Sequence record: SRR31156797_4606
Length of the DNA stretch: 51,587 bases
Strand: one strand, 5' to 3'
Positions 1 to 10,528 of this stretch are shown in pieces (position 1 is the first letter of the stretch; each line of letters starts with the position of its first letter). The translations under genes were made by a program, and so were the position numbers. The notes beneath the pieces are model-generated. The model made no database searches. It was not told the origin of the DNA and was given only the letters and a program-made list of their open reading frames with translations.

Positions 1-1009
1 CAATTTTTGAAAAATCAAGGATATCGTTGAGAATGCCTAACAGGTTATCTGCAGATTGCTTGACGGTTAAAAGAAAACGCTGTTTACGTTGTTCCTCTTT
101 TGACTCCATCGCCAAGTCGGTCATGCTGATAATCGCGCTCATCGGCGTCCGTATCTCGTGGCTCATGTTGGCAAGAAACTGGCTTTTAGAACGATTAGCA
201 GCTTCAGCCTTCTCTTTTGCTTCCTGTAAATCCCGGGTTTTCTGTTCAAGGTCATTGGTTCGCTTTTCTACCTGTTCTTCAAGGTAGGCATCACGTTTTT
301 CCACCTGTTCAATCATATCGTTGAAGGCTGTGGCAAGTAGACCGAGTTCATCATGACCAGTCACTTCAGCACGGAGATGGTACTTGTGCTCACCGGTTAT
401 TTGCTGAGTCAGGGTTGAAAGTCCAGTGATCGGTTCACTGATAATGCGCAGCAACCGTGAAGAAAGCATCATGGCCAGCAACAGGCCAAATAAAAGGACG
501 CCACCCATTATCAACCCAATCGATACAATATTTTTTCTGGTATCAGTAAGATCAACCTCAATAAACAGGTACCCTATCTTCTCGTTATCCAAGATGATAG
601 GCTGCCCCCACTCGGCATGGTTTGCATGAAACTGAAGTCCCTTGAACCTTACCTCCTCAAACGTATGATCTTTGTAATGCCTATCATCGGTATTGCGCAA
701 AAATTCGGCATAAAGCGTGCCTGTTATTCCATAAATTTGAGCAATAGTGATGCTTGGCTTTGCTTCAAGAGACTGCAAAATAGTCTTGAGGGTTTTTCGA
801 TCCTCAAACACCACGCCGGCCCGGCTATTTTCACTCATTATGGATGCAAGGGTTTGGATCTCATTGTGGAGCTGCTTACGGATCTGTTGCTGCTGGAGAA
901 AAAAAGAGGCCGATGTGGCCAACACAAGGGCAAAAGTACAGGACAGAAGAACTATCGCATACAGCTTAAACCGAATAGGAAGTCTGAGGAACCAACGTTT
1001 GATAATCAT
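1..1009 (-). CDS. Membrane sensor histidine kinase, probably hybrid (periplasmic domain-HAMP-HisKA); runs off the left edge of the window
   Basis: Not in the ORF track because it is open at the edge. ATG at 1009 ([31 protein letters not shown]...), a second TM segment, HAMP-like [17 protein letters not shown], and H-box [23 protein letters not shown] near 120-190. Starts 3 bp after the yfiR-like stop. Confidence 0.9.
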   Translation of the reverse strand, partial: MIIKRWFLRLPIRFKLYAIVLLSCTFALVLATSASFFLQQQQIRKQLHNEIQTLASIMSENSRAGVVFEDRKTLKTILQSLEAKPSITIAQIYGITGTLYAEFLRNTDDRHYKDHTFEEVRFKGLQFHANHAEWGQPIILDNEKIGYLFIEVDLTDTRKNIVSIGLIMGGVLLFGLLLAMMLSSRLLRIISEPITGLSTLTQQITGEHKYHLRAEVTGHDELGLLATAFNDMIEQVEKRDAYLEEQVEKRTNDLEQKTRDLQEAKEKAEAANRSKSQFLANMSHEIRTPMSAIISMTDLAMESKEEQRKQRFLLTVKQSADNLLGILNDILDFSKI

Positions 1010-1012
1010 TTT

Positions 1013-1555
1013 CTAGTACACTGAAACGGCTAATTCAAGTAGTGAGGCCCTTACCTGTATATTGCGTTTTTTAAGGGCTGAGTAATTAATAATAAATGAG
1101 AGACGATTCTTTTTGCTAATAAATTCAATTCCCCCTTCGGATTTTGCAAAACCACTAATGTCACTCACCAAAACAAGGGGCTGATCAGCAAATCGTGTAT
1201 GCAAAGCGTCGAGCCTCTTTTCCATGGATTGACTGATAAAGAGCAGGTGACACAAGGAAACAGACTCTAGCGATTCTGCATAGACAACCCGAATCTTCCG
1301 TTCGCCAATCTTTTTTTGATTCACCCCGTTTAAAGCTCCTCCAAAAGGATTTTGCCCGACAACACAAAAGACAAGATCAGCGTCAGGGGTGGCAAAAGCC
1401 TTATCAGGCCAGGTCATAAAGCGAATAAAATTGACTAGGAACCCTGCTTTCAGTTGATATTCCTGGGAAGAGTCTGCTGCAAAAGTCGGGTAGACACCTA
1501 TCGAACAAAAAAGTATTATCCCCAGGAGCAAAAGAGTGAGTAATCGATTAATCAC
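1013..1555 (-). CDS. YfiR/HmsC-family (DUF4154-like) periplasmic protein
   Basis: Signal peptide; EYQLKAGFLVNFIRFMTWP; CVVGQNPFG; C-terminal SFIIN...IQVRASLLELA. Lies between a TBDR and a kinase. Confidence 0.85.
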   Translation of the reverse strand: MINRLLTLLLLGIILFCSIGVYPTFAADSSQEYQLKAGFLVNFIRFMTWPDKAFATPDADLVFCVVGQNPFGGALNGVNQKKIGERKIRVVYAESLESVSLCHLLFISQSMEKRLDALHTRFADQPLVLVSDISGFAKSEGGIEFISKKNRLSFIINYSALKKRNIQVRASLLELAVSVY

Positions 1556-1564
1556 AGACTCTAC

Positions 1565-3631
1565 CTAAAAACTCCAGGTGATTTTTCCATAGACGCCTCT
1601 TGCAATCTCGGTAGGGGGCGTGATGAGCTCTGAAATATATTGTAACTGACTACTGTTAAAAAGATTTTGCCCTGCTACCATAACTTCCAAATTGTCCACA
1701 GGCTTCCAAATCAGGTTGGCATCGAAAAGAAAATATGAGGGCACATCAACCAGTTCACGCAGCTCAACATTATTCCTCGCCTTTATGTCATCAACATAGC
1801 GAAACCACAGGTTCAACTGCCAGTGCTCAGCAAAGTCAATAGCTGTTCGCACCGATCCCTGATGCCTCGGGCTGTTTACCTCATAAATATCTATTGTTTC
1901 AAATTCCATAGAATTTGAATTTTGAAGCTCCAGGTCCAAATCAAGATAACTGTAGGTGAAAACAAGGGAGAACCAAGAAGCAGCCTGCCAGTTTGCAACA
2001 AACTCCCCGCCAGCTCCATAGCCTTCATACACATTTCGAAAAAGTAAATCTAACGAATAAGGATCATCTGGCGGTAGTGTCCCATAGAGATCTTGATAAT
2101 CATTATAAAAAACTGCCAGGTCAAAATACAGCTGCGGATTGACCTGCCAACGATACCCTGCCTCATAGGCATAAAGGACCTCTGAATCAAATCCCTCATT
2201 TCCTTTTAAGCGAACATTCTGCACGCCAACAGGTGTTGGCACCACCCCAATAGTGATGCTTCCTCCATTCTCCACCATTGACGGCGTTCGCACGGCACGC
2301 GCTACCGAACTCCAGAAAGAATGCCCTTCCAGCGGTTTCCATAACAAACGAGCACTCGGCTGCCACTCACTGGCAGTAAAATCATTATGCTCATATTTAA
2401 CGCCCATGGTTAACCACAGCCGGTCGGTAATACAGGTTATTTCGTCCTGGAAAAAAGCACTGTAGAGATTGTTGGTCTGGTCTGGAATGCTTACATTAAA
2501 AGACTGTGTAAAATCTGCATCGACCAGACGGTACCCTGTTCCCATACTCAAGCTATTGCGCTCCCCAAGGGTTGTTTCATACTGGAGTTCTACATCAAAT
2601 ATTCTGAATGTCTGGCCGTAATAGGACTCTTCACGATTATTGTAGTCGTAGTAGGCTTTGAAGGTGACTTGATCACCGCTGGCAAACTGCTGCTGCCAAT
2701 TAGCGATGACATTTCCGCCATCAGATGAGATGTCGCTGTAATCGGTGGTCATATAGGGCGGAGAATCAAGCCACAGAGGAAAAACAACCTGATCGCCACT
2801 GTTTCTATACAAATCACCCTGCAAAGTCCATTCAGAGGAAGGCCCCACGGTCCCATCCATACGGAAACCGCCCTGGATATTGCGCCACCCATCAAAGGCA
2901 TCTTCCCCTGAATAAGCCAGAATATTGCTGTCGTTATCATTGCTGGTTACATAGAAACGACCATGAGCAGCAGGCCCGATTTTTCCACCATAACGTGCTC
3001 CACCCATAAAGTTTTTCTGGTCACCACCACCTGCTCTCACGAGACCACCCTGGGTGTCCTCTGCCTTTTTGGTTATGATGTTAATCACACCGTTCACGGC
3101 ATTTGCTCCCCAAAGGGTACCGCCAGGCCCACGAATAACCTCAATCCTTTCAATATCTTCCATCAAGGTCTGATGCATGTCCCAGAAAGTACCACTGTAG
3201 GCTGGGGTGTATATTGAACGGCCGTCCATTAATACCAAAAGTTTATTGGACGTGTACCCCCCAAATCCACGTGAAGAAACAGACCACTTACTCGCACTGA
3301 TCTGAGATACCTGAAGTCCTGGAGCCATTGCCAATGCCTCAGGGATGGTTGTAACACCTGAGCGTCGGATATCCTCTTGGGAAATCACATAAATAGCTGC
3401 CGCTGCATCTGCAAGAGCCTGAGGTTTTTTTGCAACTGAGGTAATCGTCACTTGCATCAACTGGGTAAGATCCATATCAAGATACTGATTTTCAGTGTTC
3501 CCTGATACGCCCCTTGCATCTGTTGCCAGATTGGTGCAAAAGCAACATGCAACCAAACCAATTGACACTGCCCTAGAACGACTCGTTGAATTCATCTTTA
3601 ACCATTTATAATCGATAAATAATGTACGCAC
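1565..3631 (-). CDS. TonB-dependent receptor (plug + beta-barrel); start may be the ATG at 3595
   Basis: Plug motifs LLVLMDGRSIY and IERIEVIRGPGGTLWGANAVNGVINIITKK; C-terminal aromatic residue (ITWSF). Confidence 0.92.
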   Translation of the reverse strand: MRTLFIDYKWLKMNSTSRSRAVSIGLVACCFCTNLATDARGVSGNTENQYLDMDLTQLMQVTITSVAKKPQALADAAAAIYVISQEDIRRSGVTTIPEALAMAPGLQVSQISASKWSVSSRGFGGYTSNKLLVLMDGRSIYTPAYSGTFWDMHQTLMEDIERIEVIRGPGGTLWGANAVNGVINIITKKAEDTQGGLVRAGGGDQKNFMGGARYGGKIGPAAHGRFYVTSNDNDSNILAYSGEDAFDGWRNIQGGFRMDGTVGPSSEWTLQGDLYRNSGDQVVFPLWLDSPPYMTTDYSDISSDGGNVIANWQQQFASGDQVTFKAYYDYNNREESYYGQTFRIFDVELQYETTLGERNSLSMGTGYRLVDADFTQSFNVSIPDQTNNLYSAFFQDEITCITDRLWLTMGVKYEHNDFTASEWQPSARLLWKPLEGHSFWSSVARAVRTPSMVENGGSITIGVVPTPVGVQNVRLKGNEGFDSEVLYAYEAGYRWQVNPQLYFDLAVFYNDYQDLYGTLPPDDPYSLDLLFRNVYEGYGAGGEFVANWQAASWFSLVFTYSYLDLDLELQNSNSMEFETIDIYEVNSPRHQGSVRTAIDFAEHWQLNLWFRYVDDIKARNNVELRELVDVPSYFLFDANLIWKPVDNLEVMVAGQNLFNSSQLQYISELITPPTEIARGVYGKITWSF

Positions 3632-3880
3632 GCTCCAACAGAGCTAATCCCGCAACTAATAACAAAAAGAACCATAACTAACTAAAAAAAACCATTATAC
3701 GTCATTTCCTAAAAGGCTCATAATATTTATTTCCCCTCACCCTTAAAAGACACAAAAACCATATAGAAACAAATATTTAACCAGCAAAATACTCGTTTCA
3801 CTGTTTTTTTTACCAATATTGGAAAGATATTTGTGGGAACGCAGTCTTTTGCGCCAACCTTTTCACTAGGCTCATATACT

Positions 3881-3913
3881 TCTAACAGATCTGTAACTGT
3901 TCATTAAAAGACA
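3881..3913 (+). promoter_or_regulatory. Candidate Pho-box-like direct repeats upstream of DUF1045-phoH
   Basis: TCTAACAgatc / TGTAACTgttc / ATTAAAAgaca at 11-bp period, followed by a TATAAG -10-like hexamer near 3928. Confidence 0.4.
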
Positions 3914-4000
3914 AGTGGCATACTTTGGTATAAGAGTTTGGAACGAAAGGGTACATGGCTTTCCCTGATCCAGACATTGTCTTTTATCAAGGAACCTTCT

Positions 4001-4774
4001 ATGCGGTATGCTCTCACTTTTTCGCCGTCTGTATCTACTCAACTGTGGCAGACAGGATGTCGCTGGCTTGGAATAGATACTTTTTCCAGAGGAATTATTT
4101 CGCAACCCCAGCTACAGGGTATTCCCCCTGATAGATTATGGGAGTTGACCAGTTATGCCCGTTATTTTGGATTGCAGGCCGTTGTAAAATTTCCGTTCCG
4201 TCTTGCTCCCGAGGTAACAATTGAAAAACTTTGTAAAGTACTGCAGAATTTTGCAGTGCAGCAGACACCAATCGTTATCTCCAACCTCAAACTCAGCAAA
4301 AACCTTGACATATTTCACCTTGAAGCAAAAGGTTTGCCGACCAATTTACTCCATCTGGCTGGTGATGCTGTCAAAACCCTTAATCAACTAAGCGCTCCGC
4401 TCAACCCAAGTGAGTACGCCCGTTTAAAAGCCGGAATCCTCAACGACCAGGAAAAACAAAATATCGAAATCTGGGGATACCCCTACGTCTTTGACCAGTA
4501 TCGTTTTCAGATCTGGTTAACTTCCCGTATAACTCATAGCTTTGAAAAGGAGGTGATTTATTCTGCGCTCAACAGGTCTTTTTCTGCTGTGTGTGCGGAT
4601 CCTCTCATGATCGATGCGATTTGCCTCTTTGTTGAAAATGGTCCGGGAACGCCGCTGCGTCTTTCTCACCGATTTTCATTCACTCCGCATCCTTCAGAAG
4701 AAATGGGTCGTCACCGATATGCAAACAACACAACCAAAGACATTTATTCTCGATACCAACGTAGTGCTCCATGA
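4001..4774 (+). CDS. DUF1045-family protein (2H-phosphoesterase-like, usually found in phosphonate/phosphate loci)
   Basis: MRYALTFSP start; RYFGLQAVVKFPFRLA and WGYPYVFDQYRFQIWLT match DUF1045 motifs. ATG 4001 has AAGGA upstream. Confidence 0.75.
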   Translation: MRYALTFSPSVSTQLWQTGCRWLGIDTFSRGIISQPQLQGIPPDRLWELTSYARYFGLQAVVKFPFRLAPEVTIEKLCKVLQNFAVQQTPIVISNLKLSKNLDIFHLEAKGLPTNLLHLAGDAVKTLNQLSAPLNPSEYARLKAGILNDQEKQNIEIWGYPYVFDQYRFQIWLTSRITHSFEKEVIYSALNRSFSAVCADPLMIDAICLFVENGPGTPLRLSHRFSFTPHPSEEMGRHRYANNTTKDIYSRYQRSAP

Positions 4775-6053
4775 CTCGTCCTGTATCCACCATTTTGACG
4801 AGCATGATGTTGTTATCCCAATAACCGTTATTGAGGAGCTTGATAAGTTTAAAAAAGGCAGCCAGTCTCTTAATTACCATGCCCGCCAGTTTGTTCGTAT
4901 TCTTGATAGTTTAAGTGCCAACAAGCTGTTTAATGGAGGCGTTAAGATCGGTCCAGATAAAGGACGCGTCAGCATCAAGCTTGAGCACCCTCTCCACAAC
5001 AACCTGCGTGATCACTTCCCTGCGGTAGGAAAAGCGGATCACCAAATTCTCAATATCAGCTATCACCTTGCCCATCAGGACAGCGGTCGCAAATTTATTC
5101 TTGTAACCAAAGATATCAACCTGCGAATGAAAGCAAAAGCTGTAGGGTTGATGGCAGAAGATTATACCAGCGACCATGTTAAGGATTTCAAGACCAAGTA
5201 TACCGGCAACCGCCAGGTAGAGGTAGAAGAACCCCAGCTCATAGAAGATGTATACCAAGCGGTTGGCGGGATCCCTGCAGAGAGGGTGGCATTGGACCCG
5301 GCCCTGCTCGCAAATGAATATCTTATTTTAAAAAACGGTATGCAGTCAGCTCTTGCCTTTTTTCATGCCAAGGTCGGAACAATTACCAATGTTCAGAAAA
5401 AAAATGTTTACGGGATTATACCCCGCAATGCAGAGCAAAGCTTTGCTGCCCATGCCTTAACTCACCCGGAGATCCCGCTGGTAACAGTTTCCGGTAAGGC
5501 GGGAACAGGAAAAACCCTCCTTGCTCTCGCTGCTTCCCTGGAACAACGTTCACAGTATCGCCAAATAATGCTGGCACGCCCCATCGTACCACTTTCAAAT
5601 AAGGACATCGGCTACTTACCGGGTGACATCCAGTCTAAGATTAGTCCTTATATGCAGCCACTGTATGACAATTTATCCGTTATCCGGGCACAATTTCCAG
5701 AGCAGGCAGAAGCTAATCAACGGCTTGATCGAATGCTCGAAGAAAAAAAATTGGTTATCGAGCCGCTGGCCTACATCCGTGGTCGCAGTCTGGTAAAAAT
5801 ATATATGATCATCGATGAAGCACAAAACCTTACTCCCCACGAGGTAAAAACCATCATTACCCGTGCTGGAGAACAGACTAAAGTTGTATTTACAGGAGAT
5901 ATTCACCAGATTGACCACCCCTACCTTAATAGTCAGTCAAATGGATTAAGCTACCTGATTGAAAAGATGCAGGGACAGCCACTCTATGCCCATGTTACTC
6001 TTTCCAAAGGAGAACGATCAGAGTTGTCCATGCTTGCCAGCGAGATATTATGA
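4719..6053 (+). CDS. PhoH-family ATPase with N-terminal PIN domain (PhoH2/YlaK-type)
   Basis: FILDTNVVLHD PIN motif; Walker A GKAGTGKT; IGYLPGD; AYIRGRSL; IIDEAQN; TGDIHQIDHPY. Start moved to ATG 4719. Confidence 0.92.
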   Translation: MQTTQPKTFILDTNVVLHDSSCIHHFDEHDVVIPITVIEELDKFKKGSQSLNYHARQFVRILDSLSANKLFNGGVKIGPDKGRVSIKLEHPLHNNLRDHFPAVGKADHQILNISYHLAHQDSGRKFILVTKDINLRMKAKAVGLMAEDYTSDHVKDFKTKYTGNRQVEVEEPQLIEDVYQAVGGIPAERVALDPALLANEYLILKNGMQSALAFFHAKVGTITNVQKKNVYGIIPRNAEQSFAAHALTHPEIPLVTVSGKAGTGKTLLALAASLEQRSQYRQIMLARPIVPLSNKDIGYLPGDIQSKISPYMQPLYDNLSVIRAQFPEQAEANQRLDRMLEEKKLVIEPLAYIRGRSLVKIYMIIDEAQNLTPHEVKTIITRAGEQTKVVFTGDIHQIDHPYLNSQSNGLSYLIEKMQGQPLYAHVTLSKGERSELSMLASEIL

Positions 6054-6733
6054 CATTCATAAATACATGGCGACCGTATTTGACCCTGTGTACCATTCTC
6101 CTTACCGCTGTCCCAACCATAACGGCAGGGGCTGTTGCACAAAATACATATATTTATAGGGAACAGACCGGTGAGCAGCAGATAGACTACACGTGGAACC
6201 TTGAGCAACGTGATGGGCTGTTTGTCATTTCATCTATCCAACCGGAGAAACAATTTAAAACAGTCTGTACAGCTGACGGGGCAACCCTCTCCTGGACGTT
6301 GCAGAAAAACAACGGTGAAAAGATGACCGTGCGCAGGGAGGGGAATACGTTACATCTTTTCGGCAAAATGGATGGCAAAGCTAAAGATCAAAAGCTGGCT
6401 ATTGATGACCGTCCTTGGTTTCAACCGCTTTCATTCAGCCTTCGATCCATGGCAACAGGAACAAAAACCGAACTATATTTCTGGACCATAAGGCCTGATA
6501 ATTTTGAAGTAGTTGCCCTTAAGGCCGAAAAAAAAGAATGCAGTGTTTTTGAAAAAGATGAAACAATAAAGCTTGCCTGCGAGGTTGAGGTTAAAAAAAG
6601 AGGATGGCTTGCTCCTTTTTGGCATGCTTCTTACTGGTTTCGCAAAAATGACGGCCTCTTTGTCAAGTATCGCGGTGTTCACGGGCTTCCGGGTACAAGT
6701 GAAACCGTTATACAGATTATACAGGGGCAATAA
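6050..6733 (+). CDS. Hypothetical exported protein
   Basis: 227 aa ORF with a signal-like N-terminus; ATGA overlap with the phoH stop. Confidence 0.7.
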   Translation: MTFINTWRPYLTLCTILLTAVPTITAGAVAQNTYIYREQTGEQQIDYTWNLEQRDGLFVISSIQPEKQFKTVCTADGATLSWTLQKNNGEKMTVRREGNTLHLFGKMDGKAKDQKLAIDDRPWFQPLSFSLRSMATGTKTELYFWTIRPDNFEVVALKAEKKECSVFEKDETIKLACEVEVKKRGWLAPFWHASYWFRKNDGLFVKYRGVHGLPGTSETVIQIIQGQ

Positions 6734-6747
6734 AAGGGTGTAGCTGA

Positions 6748-7740
6748 TTAGTTCACAGCCAGATTTGCAAAAAATTGTTCTGTACATGCCTCCCAGGAAT
6801 AGGCATCTGCTGCCTGGCGACAGCTTTTGGGAGCAACTTTTAGCGCCTCCATGGCCGCATACTGCAGGTCATCACTGACAACCCCGCTTACACCGTTTTT
6901 GACCAAAAAGTTTGGCCCGGTAACCGGAAACGCTGCTACGGGAACGCCGCAAGCAATCGCCTCAAGCAGGACCACACCAAAGGTATCAGTGAGGCTGGGG
7001 AACACAAATACATCTGCCGCCGCCACATGGGTGGCCAGATCTTTTCCTTTTTTAGTACCTGTAAAAATAACATCCTTATACTTCTTTTTATATTCTTTCA
7101 AAGCTGGGCCGTCACCAATGATATATTTTGACCCTGGTAGATCCAGATCGAGAAAGGCGGTTAGGTTTTTTTCTACCGCAACTCTTCCCACATAGGCAAA
7201 GACAGGACGTTTGCTCTGCAGAATATCCTTAGGCCCAGGCTTAAAAAGAGTTGTATCGACGCCTCTTGACCAGGGAACAAGGTTGGAAAAAGATCGATTC
7301 TGCAATTCATCAATCAGTGTTGGAGCAACCATTGTCCGTTTTGCCGCTCCATGAAATCGCTTAACTACCCAGTAGCTAGTTGCAAGAGGAACAGGGAGTC
7401 TCATTTTAATATATTCTGGGAAACGGGTATGATAAGAGGTCGTAAATGCAAACCCTGCCTCTTTACATGCATTTCGTGTTGCCCACCCTATAGATCCCTC
7501 TGTTGCGATATGCACGGCATCTGGTTGTGCTGTTTGCAGGATTTCCTGAACTTTCTTTTTAGTAACAAGGGAAAGCCGGATTTCCGGATAAGAGGGGCAT
7601 GGAAAAGTTGCGAATTGAGCCGGTGTAATAACCGATACTTCATGCCCCCATCTCTCCAGAGTTTGGATGGTTTTGCTCAGAGTGGTTACAACCCCGTTAA
7701 TTTGTGGATGCCAGGCATCTGTCGCGATACATATCTTCAT
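6748..7740 (-). CDS. GT4 glycosyltransferase, Agt-like (diacylglycerol glucosyl/glucuronosyl-transferase candidate)
   Basis: MKICIATDAWHPQINGVVTTL; HIATEG; YVGRVAVEKN; DVFVFPSLTDTFGVVLLEA. Overlaps the upstream metallophosphoesterase. Confidence 0.85.
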   Translation of the reverse strand: MKICIATDAWHPQINGVVTTLSKTIQTLERWGHEVSVITPAQFATFPCPSYPEIRLSLVTKKKVQEILQTAQPDAVHIATEGSIGWATRNACKEAGFAFTTSYHTRFPEYIKMRLPVPLATSYWVVKRFHGAAKRTMVAPTLIDELQNRSFSNLVPWSRGVDTTLFKPGPKDILQSKRPVFAYVGRVAVEKNLTAFLDLDLPGSKYIIGDGPALKEYKKKYKDVIFTGTKKGKDLATHVAAADVFVFPSLTDTFGVVLLEAIACGVPVAAFPVTGPNFLVKNGVSGVVSDDLQYAAMEALKVAPKSCRQAADAYSWEACTEQFFANLAVN

Positions 7741-8512
7741 AGTCTTCTTTAGCTGTCATATGTTCATAGTGGGTATTTTGGGCCCATTCAATAACGCCGA
7801 GCCTACCGTCCTTATTTTCAGCCAACGCGGTACAGCTTTCCACCCAGTCGCCGGAATTAGTATAAAGAATTTTGCCGATTTCCCGGATCCCGGCTTTATG
7901 AATATGCCCGCAAATAAGCCCATCCACTTCATTTGTTACGACTTCCTGAGTAACTACATCTTCAAATTTACCCATGTAGTTGACAGCAATTTTCACCTTA
8001 TGCTTCATCCAGGCCGAAATGGAACGGTAGTCTTTTCCCATCGCTTTTCTGCCGACGTTCATCCACCGGTTAATAACGAGCAACGTCTCATAGGCTGAAC
8101 TGCCGACTCCGGCAAGCCATGGACTGTTTTGAATCACAGGGTCGAATTTATCACCGTGAATAACCAAATATTTTCCGCCATTGACGGTGGTATGAATCAT
8201 GTTATTTTCGATTCGAATGTTATTAATGGTATTACCGCTGAACTGGCGAAGGACATGGTCGTGATTGCCTGGAATATAATAGACTTTGGTACCATTGTTA
8301 GCCTTATCAAACACGGCCTGGACAATCTGGGTGTTAATTGCTGGCCAATGCCATTTCTTTTGGGCTTGGAGCAGATCAAGGATATCTCCGACCAAGTAGA
8401 GATATTCTGATTCAGTTTTTTGCAGAAAATCCAGCAACTTTTTGCTCTGCAGATTCTTTGTCCCTAGATGCACATCCGATATCCAGATGGATCGGAAGTT
8501 GTATTGCGACAT
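7697..8512 (-). CDS. Calcineurin-like metallophosphoesterase of the LpxH/YbbF clade; PlcP-like phospholipase C candidate
   Basis: SDVHLG, LVGDI, PGNHD, HGD, CGHIH, NSGDWVES motifs; AGGAGG RBS before ATG 8512; paired with the GT4 gene. Confidence 0.85.
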   Translation of the reverse strand: MSQYNFRSIWISDVHLGTKNLQSKKLLDFLQKTESEYLYLVGDILDLLQAQKKWHWPAINTQIVQAVFDKANNGTKVYYIPGNHDHVLRQFSGNTINNIRIENNMIHTTVNGGKYLVIHGDKFDPVIQNSPWLAGVGSSAYETLLVINRWMNVGRKAMGKDYRSISAWMKHKVKIAVNYMGKFEDVVTQEVVTNEVDGLICGHIHKAGIREIGKILYTNSGDWVESCTALAENKDGRLGVIEWAQNTHYEHMTAKEDYEDMYRDRCLASTN

Positions 8513-8787
8513 GTAATCCTCCTTTTTGGGATACAATCATGCACAGTCTGGTTAACAATCTCGTCACCACATTCCCCCTTCTGCCAACATCAGCAAAAAA
8601 CAATTACCAAAAGGCTAAAATTCGTAAAACGGAGACGATTTACATCTTCAACACCTGCCATGGTACAAAGAGGATATTTATATATGATAATAGATTCATT
8701 TTTTTTGTATTGGCGACGTATTATGTTTGTAATCAATTATGAAAAAATCGTAGAAAAACATCCGTGAGTACTCTCTATTATTGGCAT

Positions 8788-9942
8788 CTAAGATACAGAT
8801 TGGTACCATTCTACATACTGTTTGACCGTATGTTGATGGTCGTGTTTACAAGCACGATGTCGACTTTCATCTCTCCATTTTGGCCATTCTGATCGTTGAT
8901 CAAAAAAGAGTTTAAAACTCCTGGCAAGAGCTTCACTCTCATGGGGCTCAAAGAGAAAACCATTTACATTATCCTCCACTAACTCAGGCAATGCGCGGGC
9001 GTTTGCAGCAATAACGGGGAGACCACTGGCCATGGCTTCCAGGGTGGCAATGGACTGCAGCTCAGCGTGCCCTGCCATGATAAAACAGTCAGCACTATGC
9101 AATAAGCTGGGTAATTCTTCTTCAGGAATGAAGCCAGGTAAAATGACCCTGTCCTGTAATCCTAGCTGGTCCCTTCTTTTTTTGAGCGCACTGCAATAAC
9201 TTCCCTTTCCAGCGAGATACAGAATACTTTGGTCATTATCAAAAGCTGAAAAGGCTTCCAGCACAGTATCAAGGCCTTTTTCATGATCTATCCTGCCGAC
9301 ATAGAGAAAGACGATTGCCTTGCTTTCAATTTTATAATGCTGTCGACCATCATTTCTCTCTGCTTCAGTTGGAGGATGGAACCAGGAGGTATCTATACCG
9401 CACGATATTGCCTCAACCGGTCGCGTCATCTTCTGTTGGTAAAGAATGTTTACTCCGGTTTTCGTGGGTGTAGTCACCTTTTGCAGTTTATTGTAGCGCT
9501 TGAGCATGTGTGCCCAGAGCAACTTTGCAGCTGCGTGTTTGGTGAATGAGGGTAAACAGATATTCTCTATGATGTTATCTGGAAGAAAATGGTTGGTACC
9601 AACCATGGGTATGGAAGACTTTTTAGCACACGTATAAACCGTACTGGAAATAAAGTAATGATCCTGTAAATGAATAATATCAGGCTGAAATGATTTAAGA
9701 ATATTTGAAACAATATTGCGTGAGCGAAAGGTGATATTGGTATTATACGGCATTCGGATGGTGGGTACCTGTTGAAGAAGTACCTTGCCTACCATCTTTA
9801 AATCAGATTCACCGTTTGCAGCTGGTGCAATTACCATCACCTTGTGCTTTGCATCTGCCAGGCCTTTTGCAAGACGGCATGTAAAGACTGCTTGACCATT
9901 GTCTTCACGAAAATACGTTTGACCTGCTAAAAGTATACGCAT
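8788..9942 (-). CDS. GT4 glycosyltransferase (diacylglycerol glycosyltransferase-like)
   Basis: YVGRIDHEKG; AELQSIATLEAMASGLPVIAA. Confidence 0.85.
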   Translation of the reverse strand: MRILLAGQTYFREDNGQAVFTCRLAKGLADAKHKVMVIAPAANGESDLKMVGKVLLQQVPTIRMPYNTNITFRSRNIVSNILKSFQPDIIHLQDHYFISSTVYTCAKKSSIPMVGTNHFLPDNIIENICLPSFTKHAAAKLLWAHMLKRYNKLQKVTTPTKTGVNILYQQKMTRPVEAISCGIDTSWFHPPTEAERNDGRQHYKIESKAIVFLYVGRIDHEKGLDTVLEAFSAFDNDQSILYLAGKGSYCSALKKRRDQLGLQDRVILPGFIPEEELPSLLHSADCFIMAGHAELQSIATLEAMASGLPVIAANARALPELVEDNVNGFLFEPHESEALARSFKLFFDQRSEWPKWRDESRHRACKHDHQHTVKQYVEWYQSVS

Positions 9943-9947
9943 AAGAC

Positions 9948-10508
9948 CTATTGGGAAGAATGGTGAGATGCAGCCGTAAAATATTCATAAAAGATGAACG
10001 CCGCAATGGCAACCATGGCAACAGTTCCTAAAAGCAACGCATTTTCAAACAGTACAATGACAAAACGGTGATAATTGTTGCCCGCAAAAACACCTGCAAG
10101 CAGCAAAGCACCCGTCCAAACGATCTCCGTGAATACTGCAGCAATAAGCCATTGCTTCCTGTTAATATGAACCATGCCTGCTGCAATGAGTAAGGGAATC
10201 GTGCCAATACCGAAACCAAGCTTGGTCAGGATAAAAGCGTTGATACCTCGGCACTGAATTTCCTGGGTGGCACGATTGACCAACGCTTCCTGGTAACGAA
10301 TCCAAGGAATGTGTTCCAACACTTTACGGTGCTTGCCGATCCTGCCGAGCAAATACCAACAAAGATCAGCTGTCAGATTGGCGAAGCCGGCTACTGCAAA
10401 TACATAGACGGTCTTGAGGTGAGGATCTTGTGCAGCCAGTGCCGCTGCAGCCACAGTGGCGATCGGCCCTTCAATCAGTACAGCGCCAAAAATAAGTAGA
10501 TACCTCAT
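9948..10508 (-). CDS. DedA/VTT-family membrane protein
   Basis: EGP...ADLCWYLLGR motif; several hydrophobic segments. Confidence 0.75.
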   Translation of the reverse strand: MRYLLIFGAVLIEGPIATVAAAALAAQDPHLKTVYVFAVAGFANLTADLCWYLLGRIGKHRKVLEHIPWIRYQEALVNRATQEIQCRGINAFILTKLGFGIGTIPLLIAAGMVHINRKQWLIAAVFTEIVWTGALLLAGVFAGNNYHRFVIVLFENALLLGTVAMVAIAAFIFYEYFTAASHHSSQ

Positions 10509-10528
10509 GATTTTTCAGATTGTACCCT

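Noticed and set aside
27-1024. Plus-strand ORFs 27..287, 426..629, 617..1024 and 747..1016
   Set aside because: They are shadows of the minus-strand histidine kinase (1..1009), which has clear HAMP and H-box motifs.
7697-8512. Gene symbol lpxH
   Set aside because: Same superfamily, but pairing with an Agt-like GT4 points to PlcP; the two cannot be separated without a phylogeny.
8338-8767. ORFs 8338..8742, 8412..8603 and 8468..8767
   Set aside because: They overlap the plcP-like gene or its AT-rich promoter and have no recognisable motifs.
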